A stretch of DNA of 64,000 bases, from the sequence record NC_021531.1; one strand, given 5' to 3'. This document shows positions 37,469 through 46,598 of this stretch, piece by piece. Position 1 is the first letter of the stretch, and each line of letters begins with the position of its first letter. Both the position numbers and the translations under genes were made by a program. The notes beneath the pieces are model-generated. The model saw nothing but the letters and a program-made list of their open reading frames with translations. It searched no databases and was not told the DNA's origin.

Positions 37469-38164
37469 ATGTCTTATCCGTTTTTACTTGAACTAGAACA
37501 AGAACTGTTCCCTAATTTGTCTGTGAAGAAAATGTGGGAGAGTGACTACGCACAGTTCTTTTCTATTGCTGCACACGGCGGGCCTGAACGTTCGTGGGGG
37601 TTTTCTGCGGTTGATATTAAGATTCGTCTACGTGCTTTTGATGCGCTGTCAAAGTGGTGGAAACAATTCGGTTTAAGGGAGTGCTCTGCGGACCGTTGGG
37701 TTGCTACGTGGGACGAACACCGCTTTAAAGAAGCGTATGAAGAACAGCGAATGCATCAGCCGTTCGACATGCTCAGCTTCCTCACCGCGATGGACAGATT
37801 AACCGGCAACGATTTAATTCGCTTCCAAGGTGCGATTCTTCCGGAGTGGGTGCTGTCGCCGTCGTACAATTATGTCGATGAGCCGACTAAGCTGTACCGA
37901 GCGATGCGTGACATCTGGTATGGCCCGCGTCCGAAAAGGGAATACTTGGACTTCGGTGACGCCGCTATTCGTTACGCATGGCATCAACACCACTATTTCC
38001 CGTATCAGCCTGAGCCTGAACTCTGGATGTACGTGGCAATGAATGGTAAACCATCCTACGTTAAAGGCCGTTTGTATGCGTACAACAAGTATCGCGACGT
38101 AACGGTTCTCGAAGAAAAGTTCCTGAAAACTTTGGTGAACCTGAACATCACTAAACGAAAGTAA
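37469..38164 (+). CDS. Hypothetical protein
   Basis: Start MSYP with a GGAG SD. Aromatic-rich. Confidence 0.7.
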   Translation: MSYPFLLELEQELFPNLSVKKMWESDYAQFFSIAAHGGPERSWGFSAVDIKIRLRAFDALSKWWKQFGLRECSADRWVATWDEHRFKEAYEEQRMHQPFDMLSFLTAMDRLTGNDLIRFQGAILPEWVLSPSYNYVDEPTKLYRAMRDIWYGPRPKREYLDFGDAAIRYAWHQHHYFPYQPEPELWMYVAMNGKPSYVKGRLYAYNKYRDVTVLEEKFLKTLVNLNITKRK

Positions 38165-38282
38165 GGGTTTTACATGGACGGCTGGAGTGCTGAATTAATT
38201 GGGAGCGGGATATTTCTCGCTCTCTCTTTTCTCTTTCTTTACATTATACACAGACGAGATAAGAAATCTCGAAGGGGTGCGA

Positions 38283-38432
38283 ATGACAAACCGTAAAGCT
38301 ATTTTCGCTATCGTTATTATCGTGGCGCTGCTAATGAAACAGTGGTGGCTTGTAATGCCGATGTTGGGCTTCGCGTTGGGTTATATTGCCCGTTCAGAAG
38401 TAGAACGTCAGCGTAAAGGTAAGCGGGTATGA
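38283..38432 (+). CDS. Small membrane protein
   Basis: MTNRKAIFAIVIIVALL..., SD AAGGGG, hydrophobic core and basic tail. Confidence 0.6.
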   Translation: MTNRKAIFAIVIIVALLMKQWWLVMPMLGFALGYIARSEVERQRKGKRV

Positions 38433-38731
38433 ACCCGCTTTTCACACCGGTGAAAGACCCGGCACTATTACCCGTCGTCGTTGAACGTCCGCAGCTGCTT
38501 TCTGCGGACTTTGACGGCGATACACCTTCCATGTCTCTGCGAAGTCCGTACGGTACTACGGGTGTCCGTCTTGCAGAGTTATTAGCTTCTACCATCCGTA
38601 GTGTCGCAGGTGCGTGGCGGAAAATGGTAACCAGTCCTGAATTTATTCGTGCAGTAAATATTGAACGGAAGCAACGCCGTTTGAAAAACCAAAGACGTCG
38701 TCGCAAGTCTAAAGCGAACCGTAAAAAATAA
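38429..38731 (+). CDS. Hypothetical protein with basic KNQRRRR tail
   Basis: 100 aa, ATGA overlap with the upstream gene. Confidence 0.65.
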   Translation: MNPLFTPVKDPALLPVVVERPQLLSADFDGDTPSMSLRSPYGTTGVRLAELLASTIRSVAGAWRKMVTSPEFIRAVNIERKQRRLKNQRRRRKSKANRKK

Positions 38732-38774
38732 TACCGTAAAGACATATCTATCACTATACCGTGGAGCATTCAAA

Positions 38775-39662
38775 ATGAACGAACAAAAGAAAGTCACTTT
38801 GCCGGGTAGCATCTCTAACATCCCAACCACTAACTACGCCCGTGCTTACTCTATCGTCAGTACGTGGGCACATCACTACACACCTGATGAAATGAAACGC
38901 CTACTCATCGGCCGGGGTGTTGACATTAGCGATATCGATGTTGAGGCGATGCACAAAGTCTGCAGCGCTTCTCTGGAAGGTTTAACTGCACCTGCAGGTG
39001 GCCTTGAAATCACCTACGAAGACGGCACGAAGGAATCACGTTCCGCATCGGCCTCGTTGATGCAACCTAAGACGCCGGAAGAACAGGAGAACGCGTGGAT
39101 TGAACGTAAGCGTGGTTTGATTGTTGCGGCATTGGCACGCCATCAAGGGGATGTTGATAAACTTGCCGCTATTGATAAGTTAACCCAGCGTCTGTTTAGC
39201 AAAGATCGTACGGCTTCTGAGCACATGCGGGATATGCAAGAACTTGCGGATTTGTTGGGTGTTAACACGTTGAATGAAGACTCTGCGTGGGATGCTTTTA
39301 AATCAGAAGCACTGAAGGCGGTGCCCGGAATGCATCGTAACCCAACGCCTATTCGTTTGACTGGTGAAAGCGAATTCAGCCGCATCGGGGATTATGGAAA
39401 TCGTGGTCAAGGTTTCCTGAATCCTTGGAACTTGCAAGAGAGGAGTGGTCCGGGTGATGAACGCTTTTCAATTCACATGAGCAACCCGCAGCTTGGGGAT
39501 ATTTTCGGCATCCCTAAACCAGCGCCTGCTCATGAGAGCCCGTATGGACATGTGTTCCGTACCTACAGCGATGACTACCTGCGTGAAGCGTCCATCAAAC
39601 GTAAGGCGAAACGTATTAAGAATCAGCGTCGTCGTCGCAATGCGAAAGCACGGAGAAAATAA
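38775..39662 (+). CDS. Hypothetical protein with basic KNQRRRR tail
   Basis: 295 aa, SD GGAG. Confidence 0.75.
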   Translation: MNEQKKVTLPGSISNIPTTNYARAYSIVSTWAHHYTPDEMKRLLIGRGVDISDIDVEAMHKVCSASLEGLTAPAGGLEITYEDGTKESRSASASLMQPKTPEEQENAWIERKRGLIVAALARHQGDVDKLAAIDKLTQRLFSKDRTASEHMRDMQELADLLGVNTLNEDSAWDAFKSEALKAVPGMHRNPTPIRLTGESEFSRIGDYGNRGQGFLNPWNLQERSGPGDERFSIHMSNPQLGDIFGIPKPAPAHESPYGHVFRTYSDDYLREASIKRKAKRIKNQRRRRNAKARRK

Positions 39663-39844
39663 TGGAACAGGTATTTCAGTTACAACCGGTGCCGTTTATC
39701 GTACGCCCTCCTGAAGAACCAGAGCAGACGGTATTACGATACCGTACAAAAACGACCATTGCCGGTAAAGACTATCTCTTATACACCCCGGGTCCGCAAG
39801 ACGAGACTTCCGAGCTGGTGAAGGTGAATCTAAATGACTGTTGA
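39662..39844 (+). CDS. Small hypothetical protein
   Basis: 60 aa, TAATG coupling, SD GGAG. Confidence 0.55.
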   Translation: MEQVFQLQPVPFIVRPPEEPEQTVLRYRTKTTIAGKDYLLYTPGPQDETSELVKVNLNDC

Positions 39845-40022
39845 CGACATTCTGCTGTTTCAGAAGTTCCTCGGTGCGTTATGCATCGGGGTTGTTTTAG
39901 TTGTTGTTGCGTTAGCCGTTGCGGTTCTCGTCGACAAATACCGTAACCCTATTGTAGAGGAGGAATCCGATGAGTCAGCTGACGTGGCACACGAAGCACG
40001 AGCATTACCACACTCTGAATAA
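39834..40022 (+). CDS. Small single-pass membrane protein
   Basis: 62 aa with one long hydrophobic segment. Confidence 0.55.
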   Translation: MTVDDILLFQKFLGALCIGVVLVVVALAVAVLVDKYRNPIVEEESDESADVAHEARALPHSE

Positions 40023-40290
40023 CGAAATCGGCGAGTGGGCGAAAGTTAACGTGGGTCCGAACTGGGACTTAGAAACCACGTACACTTTTATTTGGTTTGA
40101 CGGTGAAGAGCATCTGTTCCGTGAAGATGTTCGTGAGAAGGTGATGAAAAAGATGGAAGGGCATCCGCCTATTCCTGAGAATCATCGCCGTCTCTATAAC
40201 CTCTACCAGAACTACAATCACAATCCGGTGAAGACGTACTTCACGTACATCGACGTACCGGCCGAAGACTGTTATCAGAAAGAGCGTTAA
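39970..40290 (+). CDS. Hypothetical protein
   Basis: 106 aa, SD GAGGAGG. Confidence 0.65.
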   Translation: MSQLTWHTKHEHYHTLNNEIGEWAKVNVGPNWDLETTYTFIWFDGEEHLFREDVREKVMKKMEGHPPIPENHRRLYNLYQNYNHNPVKTYFTYIDVPAEDCYQKER

Positions 40291-40292
40291 TC

Positions 40293-40790
40293 ATGCCATC
40301 ATTAAAGTTTCTCCGAGAGTCTGAAATCGGCGGGGATTTGTTCAACGCGCCTGAGACGTATAAAGTCGTTACGGTGAATCAGGTCGGTGCTATGGGTCGG
40401 GGCATAGCACTGGCGTGTAAAGAACGTTATCCCATTGTCTATCGGGAGTACCGTTGGGCATGTCGTGAGAAACTTTATTTCCCCGACGATGTCATGGTGT
40501 TTGACGAGGAGAAGGTGATTCTCCTCGCGACCAAGCACGACTGGAAGGACCCATCTACCGTTGAAATAATTACGAGAGGGTTATATGGTTTGAGTCGCCA
40601 GTTGCCCACGTTAAACGCATCCGTTGCCCTTCCGCCATTAGGAATGGTTAATGGGTGGTTGAAGAAATCTCAGCGTGCTGAGGTTTTTTCTTTGCTGGTT
40701 GAACTTTTCTACAAACAGGATTGTACAGTGAGAATGTACCTTCCAGATGTTTTGTATGAGGAGGTACATGCAATGTACCATTCCAAATAG
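40293..40790 (+). CDS. DarG/Poa1p-type macrodomain ADP-ribosylhydrolase-like protein
   Basis: GDLF, VNQVGAMGRGIALACKERYP, ATKHDWK and VALPPLGMVNGWL parallel the DarG macrodomain motifs. Confidence 0.85.
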   Translation: MPSLKFLRESEIGGDLFNAPETYKVVTVNQVGAMGRGIALACKERYPIVYREYRWACREKLYFPDDVMVFDEEKVILLATKHDWKDPSTVEIITRGLYGLSRQLPTLNASVALPPLGMVNGWLKKSQRAEVFSLLVELFYKQDCTVRMYLPDVLYEEVHAMYHSK

Positions 40791-40795
40791 GGATG

Positions 40796-40814
40796 GATAT
40801 ATATTCTCATTGTG
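40796..40814 (+). promoter_or_regulatory. Early promoter-like motif
   Basis: GATATATATTCTCATTGTG. Confidence 0.5.
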
Positions 40815-40944
40815 GCTAATAGGTTAGCCCGAGAACGTCTAATAATTAATCTCCGCAGGAGGCAGACTTAAGAACACCACGCCATTGGGGTAGTTGCATT
40901 GGCTACAAACCAGCGTTCAACAATTCGCACGAGGATAACCTTAA

Positions 40945-41799
40945 ATGAAACGTTTATTTTTAGGCTTAGCAATCCTGCTTACAAGCCTGCATGCAATGTC
41001 GTCGACGTCCACCGGCTCCCACTGGGACCGTCATAAGCAGACTGTCGTTAAAGCCGCCAAGAAAGTTGGCGTATCTCCAAAGCTCGCTACCGCTATCGCC
41101 AGTCGCGAATCAAACGGTAAAGCGAATGCTAAAAATCAATACTCGTCAGCATCCGGGCTGATGCAAGTTACGCGTCCTACTGGTAGAACAATGTTGCGTA
41201 AGTACGGTAAAGAGTTAGGACTCCCGTCTAACGCAGACATCATGAACCCAAAGGTGAACGCGCTGTTAGGGACTGTCTATTTAAGAGAAGTCCGTCAGGA
41301 AATGAATCAACGCTTGGGCCGCCCAGCTCGGGACCACGAAGTGTATCTTGCATATCACTTCTCACCCTCAAAAGCTGAGCGAATTATTAAAGCGCGTCCT
41401 TCTAAACGTATGGTTGATATTTACCCCGCTGCCGCCCGTGGCAATAAAGCGTGGTATTATCACAAAGGTGGAAAAGCAAAATCCGCAGCCGATGTTATCA
41501 ACATGGCGCGGGCAAAAGTCGGCAAAGAGTCGAAGTATGGTCACGAAGCTGTGTCAGTTGCCAAAGCACCGAAGGCAAAACCCGCGCCAACCGCTACCGC
41601 GAGCATGGGTACTACCACACCTGTCTGTTTTGCAGATTTGCAATCAGAGTCGTCAGAGCCTCGTGAACACCCTTTAACGGCAAAAGGTAAGTTAGGCAGT
41701 AGCGTCATATCGCGCTGCCGCGATACCGCTGCCATGGACCCGGAGTTTGATACTGCCATGGTGCAGTTTTCCTTGAAAGATAATTATTTGCGCTATTAA
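40945..41799 (+). CDS. Lytic transglycosylase (SLT) with N-terminal signal peptide
   Basis: IASRES (catalytic Glu), SASGLMQV, AYH motif. MKRLFLGLAILLTSLHA looks like a Sec signal. Confidence 0.85.
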   Translation: MKRLFLGLAILLTSLHAMSSTSTGSHWDRHKQTVVKAAKKVGVSPKLATAIASRESNGKANAKNQYSSASGLMQVTRPTGRTMLRKYGKELGLPSNADIMNPKVNALLGTVYLREVRQEMNQRLGRPARDHEVYLAYHFSPSKAERIIKARPSKRMVDIYPAAARGNKAWYYHKGGKAKSAADVINMARAKVGKESKYGHEAVSVAKAPKAKPAPTATASMGTTTPVCFADLQSESSEPREHPLTAKGKLGSSVISRCRDTAAMDPEFDTAMVQFSLKDNYLRY

Positions 41800-41812
41800 C
41801 TAGGAGCAGACG

Positions 41813-42286
41813 GTGAGAACGAAACAGCCAGCCTTTGTACGGCCAACGGGCGAGGCACTACGCCTGACCGCGAACCAGGCAGTAAGTCAGACATTGAAAA
41901 GTAACTTTGGCGTGAAGAGTACCTTCTATCGTGTGCACGATTGTCAGCACACCTTAGAGCGGGCATTAGAACGCCGTAACTTTGACTTTGACACAGCGTA
42001 CGGATTACTCTATTTGATGGGTCACCGTCCACAGCTATTAGAAACAGCCGATGGTTTTGCGCTGCTTCTCCTCCCGTCTGCAAGTTATAACCGCACCATC
42101 ACTCTTGACGTCGCGATTCAGGAGGCTAAAGTGTATCTGGCCAGAACGCTGAAGCTCGAAGATGAAACGAAGTCGGTGGTGAAAATGTTGAGTGTGTTCG
42201 GTAACGGTATGACGATACTGCGTGACCCGAATCTCCCTCGTGAGAAATTCCTGCTTGAGTTTAAACGCAATGAAATCGCTGCTTGA
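41813..42286 (+). CDS. Hypothetical protein
   Basis: 157 aa, GTG start with an AGGAG SD. Confidence 0.65.
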   Translation: MRTKQPAFVRPTGEALRLTANQAVSQTLKSNFGVKSTFYRVHDCQHTLERALERRNFDFDTAYGLLYLMGHRPQLLETADGFALLLLPSASYNRTITLDVAIQEAKVYLARTLKLEDETKSVVKMLSVFGNGMTILRDPNLPREKFLLEFKRNEIAA

Positions 42287-42317
42287 GTTACCCCGTTTTT
42301 ACAATCAACCGGATAGC

Positions 42318-42782
42318 ATGGAAATCCTAACCGTGACCATGCCGGTGATTGTAGAGGCGTGTCGTTTAGATGTGTCAATTGAACAGACCGGTGAGATGGC
42401 TCCAACAGTTGCCACCGCGTTTGACATTGATGCCTATCTTGATTCGCCTCACTTGGTTAAGCCGTACGAGATGCGAGTAGTGGTTGCACCTGAACACGGG
42501 GCGATTTATCAGGTTCCTCAACCTGCGCCATTGTTCGGCGATGCGTTATCGTTTGATGTCATGCGTGCAACATGGTTCCGTCCAGGTGTTGGGATGAGTT
42601 ATCGCAAGTGGGCTCTTGCGACGTGGGATGACAATGCAGACACAATCACTGTGTTAGCATCACTCATTGACTCACCACTCACGCCGGTAGACGTTGTGGT
42701 CAGCGATGTCGAAGGTCGAACTAACGCATGCATTATCACCCCTGATATTTGCTACGTACGCATCGACCCAAGCAAACAATAA
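42318..42782 (+). CDS. Hypothetical protein
   Basis: Start MEILTV (alternative 42270), ends at a bidirectional terminator. Confidence 0.6.
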   Translation: MEILTVTMPVIVEACRLDVSIEQTGEMAPTVATAFDIDAYLDSPHLVKPYEMRVVVAPEHGAIYQVPQPAPLFGDALSFDVMRATWFRPGVGMSYRKWALATWDDNADTITVLASLIDSPLTPVDVVVSDVEGRTNACIITPDICYVRIDPSKQ

Positions 42783-42842
42783 AAAAGAAACACCTCCGTA
42801 CCCTTTTGGGGTACGGGGTGCTCTTTTATTTCTTTTTATTTT
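42781..42842. terminator. Bidirectional terminator
   Basis: CTCCGTACCC/GGGTACGGGG stem flanked by A- and T-tracts between convergent genes. Confidence 0.8.
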
Positions 42843-43447
42843 TTGTCGCCGACGATTGCCAACAACTGTTCATTCAGCGCCGTGAGTTCGTCGTTGCGTT
42901 TCTTCGCTGACGCTAACTGCTCTTCGAGCGGGACGGCATCGCGAATATTCTTCTTACGCTTACTCTCCATTTCGATATGCTGGTCATTATTAACCTGACC
43001 TTCATAGCGCATGGTGGAGATATACGGGACAGGTTTAATCCCTAACTTCGATTGGACGAAGTTTGAGAAGTCCCCGGTGAAGGCACCGACATCAACATAG
43101 TCCGGCAGCAACGCCAAGTCTATCACCAACACATTACGGTTATACTTTAACCCGGTTAAACCCGGATACGAAGACAGATACGTATTGGGTACGTAACGTA
43201 CTTCGCCGTCATTGGCCTTGAACACCAGTATCGAAGCATTTAACGCGGCATCTGCCTTGTAGTCTGCCTGAGTGATGTTATGGGGCGCGTAGTACGTCGA
43301 ATAGACCGGCTTATTGTTGCGTTCAAGTTCCGGGAAGGTGCGTATCGCATCTAAGCGATAGATAACACCCTGCGGGAGCTCGAACGGTGAAAGGCAGACA
43401 AAGCTGCCCTCACAGTTGATAGGGGGCGTAAGTGGAGTACGCGCCAT
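42836..43447 (-). CDS. Probable virion structural protein
   Basis: 203 aa, SD GGAGG, coiled-coil C-terminus, co-transcribed with the 445-aa gene. Confidence 0.6.
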   Translation of the reverse strand: MARTPLTPPINCEGSFVCLSPFELPQGVIYRLDAIRTFPELERNNKPVYSTYYAPHNITQADYKADAALNASILVFKANDGEVRYVPNTYLSSYPGLTGLKYNRNVLVIDLALLPDYVDVGAFTGDFSNFVQSKLGIKPVPYISTMRYEGQVNNDQHIEMESKRKKNIRDAVPLEEQLASAKKRNDELTALNEQLLAIVGDKK

Positions 43448-43456
43448 TTATCCTCC

Positions 43457-44794
43457 TTAGACGACTTCCGGCCAGACCGAAGTACGGCTGAGTACACGGT
43501 ATTCCACATTTTCATGTTCGAAGATGTAGAACGCCAAGTCTTTGTTACTTTCATCAATGACCTTCACCACATCAGTGGTGCCGGCATACGGATGGTACTC
43601 TTCAGCCGCAATCAAAGCCTGGATGTACAGACGAATCCACTCGGTGGTGGGTTTCGACACACGTGAGATTTCACTGGACGACGTAGAGATTAACGCGTAG
43701 TCCGGAATGGTTTCATGCAGTGTCTTTTTATTGTCTGCGTTTTCAGGCCCACTGATACAGACCGCGCTAAGCGATTTGTACTGCGCAGGGATAATGCACA
43801 CATCAGTGGCTGGCACTTTATGCGGAATAGTTGTGTCTGATTCAGTCGCAGACCATTCGCCGAAAGTGTCAATGGATTTCAGGATGAAATCGTATGGAAG
43901 CATCGGGGAGTAGAGTGACGCAATATCTTCCATGTTGGGGATACCGCGAACCTGCCAACCCGGAATAAAAGTAAAGCGTGTAGTCGAGAAAAGATCGGGA
44001 AACACTTTCGCCCAATCCGCACGACTATATCCTGACTGCGACAGAACGGCGTTTTGATACGCCTCTTTGACGTATGTCGGGTTACGTCCCTGAGGGCCGT
44101 AAATGATACAGGTAAAGACGATATTCGGGATAGTGGATTCACTGTTCTCGCGGTCATGCCACGTGTAGTAATTCGTGTGGATGGCCGTATAAGGGAATTT
44201 ATTTGCCATTTCATTCACTTTATCGTGATGGTCTGGCAGATTCCATTCTTCTAATGCTTTTTCGACCACCGTCTTAACCGACTGGAATGTGTCGATAGGA
44301 TTCAGCATCAAAATGACTTCGATGTCAAAGCCACGATAATCCTTGGCAAAGTCGGCATCGGAGAACCAGAGACGGATTTCGTTCTCTTCCTGCCCTTCGA
44401 GCGTGTAGGCAATCCAACGTGGGAACCAGTTCCCCTTGCCTTCAATCATCGCGCCGGTAGACACTTTAGAGATTTTGGATGAAAACTGTCCGACCAGCAG
44501 ACGCTGGAATTCGACTTCGTCGTTTTTCAGCACGCCGTTAATCGCTTGTGAATAAATCCACTGCGTGACTGTTAATACGTTATCGGAGAACGACGACGGA
44601 ACAGTAATGGCTACCTTATCTCGTTTCGAGGTGAAGGCAACCAGTTCCACCTGCATGTTTGCTTTACTAAACCATTGTTTATCTTTAGCAAAGCTGGTAG
44701 CATACTCTGAGAGCTCCCCTACAGGAGCTGTAACACCGCCGGGTGTATTGTCTTTCAGCGGTCCAATATTGATGAACCCTTGTAAATCGTACAT
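43457..44794 (-). CDS. Probable virion structural protein (phiKZ-like conserved)
   Basis: 445 aa. The N-terminus (GFINIGPLKDNTPG.TAPVGELS) resembles conserved jumbo-phage structural proteins, from recall. Confidence 0.6.
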   Translation of the reverse strand: MYDLQGFINIGPLKDNTPGGVTAPVGELSEYATSFAKDKQWFSKANMQVELVAFTSKRDKVAITVPSSFSDNVLTVTQWIYSQAINGVLKNDEVEFQRLLVGQFSSKISKVSTGAMIEGKGNWFPRWIAYTLEGQEENEIRLWFSDADFAKDYRGFDIEVILMLNPIDTFQSVKTVVEKALEEWNLPDHHDKVNEMANKFPYTAIHTNYYTWHDRENSESTIPNIVFTCIIYGPQGRNPTYVKEAYQNAVLSQSGYSRADWAKVFPDLFSTTRFTFIPGWQVRGIPNMEDIASLYSPMLPYDFILKSIDTFGEWSATESDTTIPHKVPATDVCIIPAQYKSLSAVCISGPENADNKKTLHETIPDYALISTSSSEISRVSKPTTEWIRLYIQALIAAEEYHPYAGTTDVVKVIDESNKDLAFYIFEHENVEYRVLSRTSVWPEVV

Positions 44795-44814
44795 ATAACT
44801 ACTCCGAGGTAAAT

Positions 44815-45330
44815 ATGGTAGCGGGTATAATTAAGCTCCTACCACTATTGACGTTTCTGCTGGAAGTATTCAAATCTGATGATGGCAAATTCACGGCGAA
44901 AGCTAAAGCAGTTTTCCTCGCGTTTCTGGCAATTCTCAGCTTCTCTGCTTACGTTTCGTACGCATACGTTCAGCAGTTTCACGCTTTAGTGGAACTGAAA
45001 GCTCATCAGCAGTACCTGATAAAGTCCGAAGGCGACGCCAACGGGCGGGCACTCCGGTTAGAAAACCGGGTTACCGAGTTGGAAAACAAACTCGATGTCT
45101 GCCGCAACCGGCCGCCATATGATGGCGTGTCGGTGCGAACTCCAAAACCAACTCAGCCAGATATTATCTCTACGCCAGCCGCCGTAATTAAAACTCCAAC
45201 CCCTCCCAAACATCCAGTGCCGTATAAGCCAGATGTAATTCTGCCGACTACGGCTATTGTTTCACGGGAGGATAAGGAGAAAGGGCTTGCTGACCGTATG
45301 GATAAAATCACGCGACACATAAATAATTAA
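44815..45330 (+). CDS. Membrane-anchored coiled-coil protein, putative i-spanin
   Basis: N-terminal hydrophobic segments, coiled coil, Pro-rich linker. Followed by a lipoprotein gene. Confidence 0.5.
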   Translation: MVAGIIKLLPLLTFLLEVFKSDDGKFTAKAKAVFLAFLAILSFSAYVSYAYVQQFHALVELKAHQQYLIKSEGDANGRALRLENRVTELENKLDVCRNRPPYDGVSVRTPKPTQPDIISTPAAVIKTPTPPKHPVPYKPDVILPTTAIVSREDKEKGLADRMDKITRHINN

Positions 45331-45339
45331 GAGGTCGTT

Positions 45340-45786
45340 ATGCCGTGGGTAATATGGTTCTTAGTAATAATGCTAACCGGCTGTTCATCTTTCAGTGGGT
45401 ATCGTGACGGTGCGGTGTCGCAACTGAAGGATGGGCCGGACGTTACTGATTACCGTAACGCCGAATCCAGCGATGCCGTATTACGCGATTACGTGACAGA
45501 GGTCAATCTGTACGCGTTTTATGTATTTAACTACACGAAAGCACTGAACGAGTACGCAATGAAACACGGCTGGCATCCGTTACCGATACCGCCGGTTTGC
45601 GAACAGTACACGATGCCGGGATTAATGGACATTCCCGATTTTGTGTTCCGTCGCGGAATCAAATCCGATGACGAAGTTGACATGGCCTTAGCAAGTTATA
45701 TCCGCGCACTACGGGCAAGGATGAACGAAAATGCACTGCGCGTAAATAGAGCTTTTGCTAAGCACCGTGAGGCGTGTATTTACTAA
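45340..45786 (+). CDS. Lipoprotein, putative o-spanin
   Basis: Lipobox LTGC after a hydrophobic leader. Confidence 0.55.
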   Translation: MPWVIWFLVIMLTGCSSFSGYRDGAVSQLKDGPDVTDYRNAESSDAVLRDYVTEVNLYAFYVFNYTKALNEYAMKHGWHPLPIPPVCEQYTMPGLMDIPDFVFRRGIKSDDEVDMALASYIRALRARMNENALRVNRAFAKHREACIY

Positions 45787-45792
45787 TAAGAC

Positions 45793-45827
45793 GGCTGTCC
45801 TTCGGGACAGCCCCTTCTTACTTTTTT
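45793..45827 (+). terminator. Intrinsic terminator
   Basis: GGCTGTCC-TTCG-GGACAGCC followed by a T-rich tail. Confidence 0.85.
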
Positions 45828-45869
45828 ACGCTATACCGTATTACTGTGTATACATTAAGGAGACCCCCA

Positions 45870-46598
45870 ATGGCACATTACATTCCAAAGCTTCCGGCTA
45901 TCGTCCATGCTATCGATACCGAAACCAAGGCGTTACGACCGAATGCGTATATTCTTAGCATGGGTGGCTCGACCTTTGATATTGCTACCTTATCACTGCT
46001 GGGTTGTACTTACGTGGCAGTTGACCCTAATGACCCCGAAGCAGATAAAATCTTCGACACCGACTCGAGCACCGTGGCGTGGTGGAACGGTGAAGGTGAC
46101 CCGGCCTTTGCACCAACACCAGAAGCGAAAAAGGCAGCATGGTCGGGCACCACTAAAATCGATGTGGCGCTGAAAATCGTGGTCGAATACTTCGAACAGT
46201 TTAAAAAGTTCGACTCTGTACTGGTTAGTCGCGGCCCAGAATTCGATATGCCGATTATGTGTAATGCGTTAGTTGCATGCAACGTGTTCCAAGGTATCTT
46301 CCGTAAGTTCTCAGCCTGCGAATCAGACCGTACTGTCGAACGTCTGATGTTGGCGTTCGGGTTGGATATGAATCAGGCGGTGGAAGAGCACAACTGGGTC
46401 GGTAAAGGTCAGTGGGTTGAACATCACCCGAGCTTTGACTCTGCACGCAGTGCTTATCGTACGGCACGTGCCTATCATCTGGCGCATATTGCCAAGAACT
46501 ACGGGTTTGAGAAGATGCTGATTGCACATAAGGCGCTGTGTGAAGGCACTTATAACCCGGCTCTGGGATACAAAGGGGAATTCAATGGAGCAGGCTGA
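45870..46598 (+). CDS. DEDDh 3'-5' exonuclease
   Basis: IDTET (Exo I), RGPEFD (Exo II), HHPSFD (Exo III). Start MAHY with an AAGGAG SD. Confidence 0.85.
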   Translation: MAHYIPKLPAIVHAIDTETKALRPNAYILSMGGSTFDIATLSLLGCTYVAVDPNDPEADKIFDTDSSTVAWWNGEGDPAFAPTPEAKKAAWSGTTKIDVALKIVVEYFEQFKKFDSVLVSRGPEFDMPIMCNALVACNVFQGIFRKFSACESDRTVERLMLAFGLDMNQAVEEHNWVGKGQWVEHHPSFDSARSAYRTARAYHLAHIAKNYGFEKMLIAHKALCEGTYNPALGYKGEFNGAG

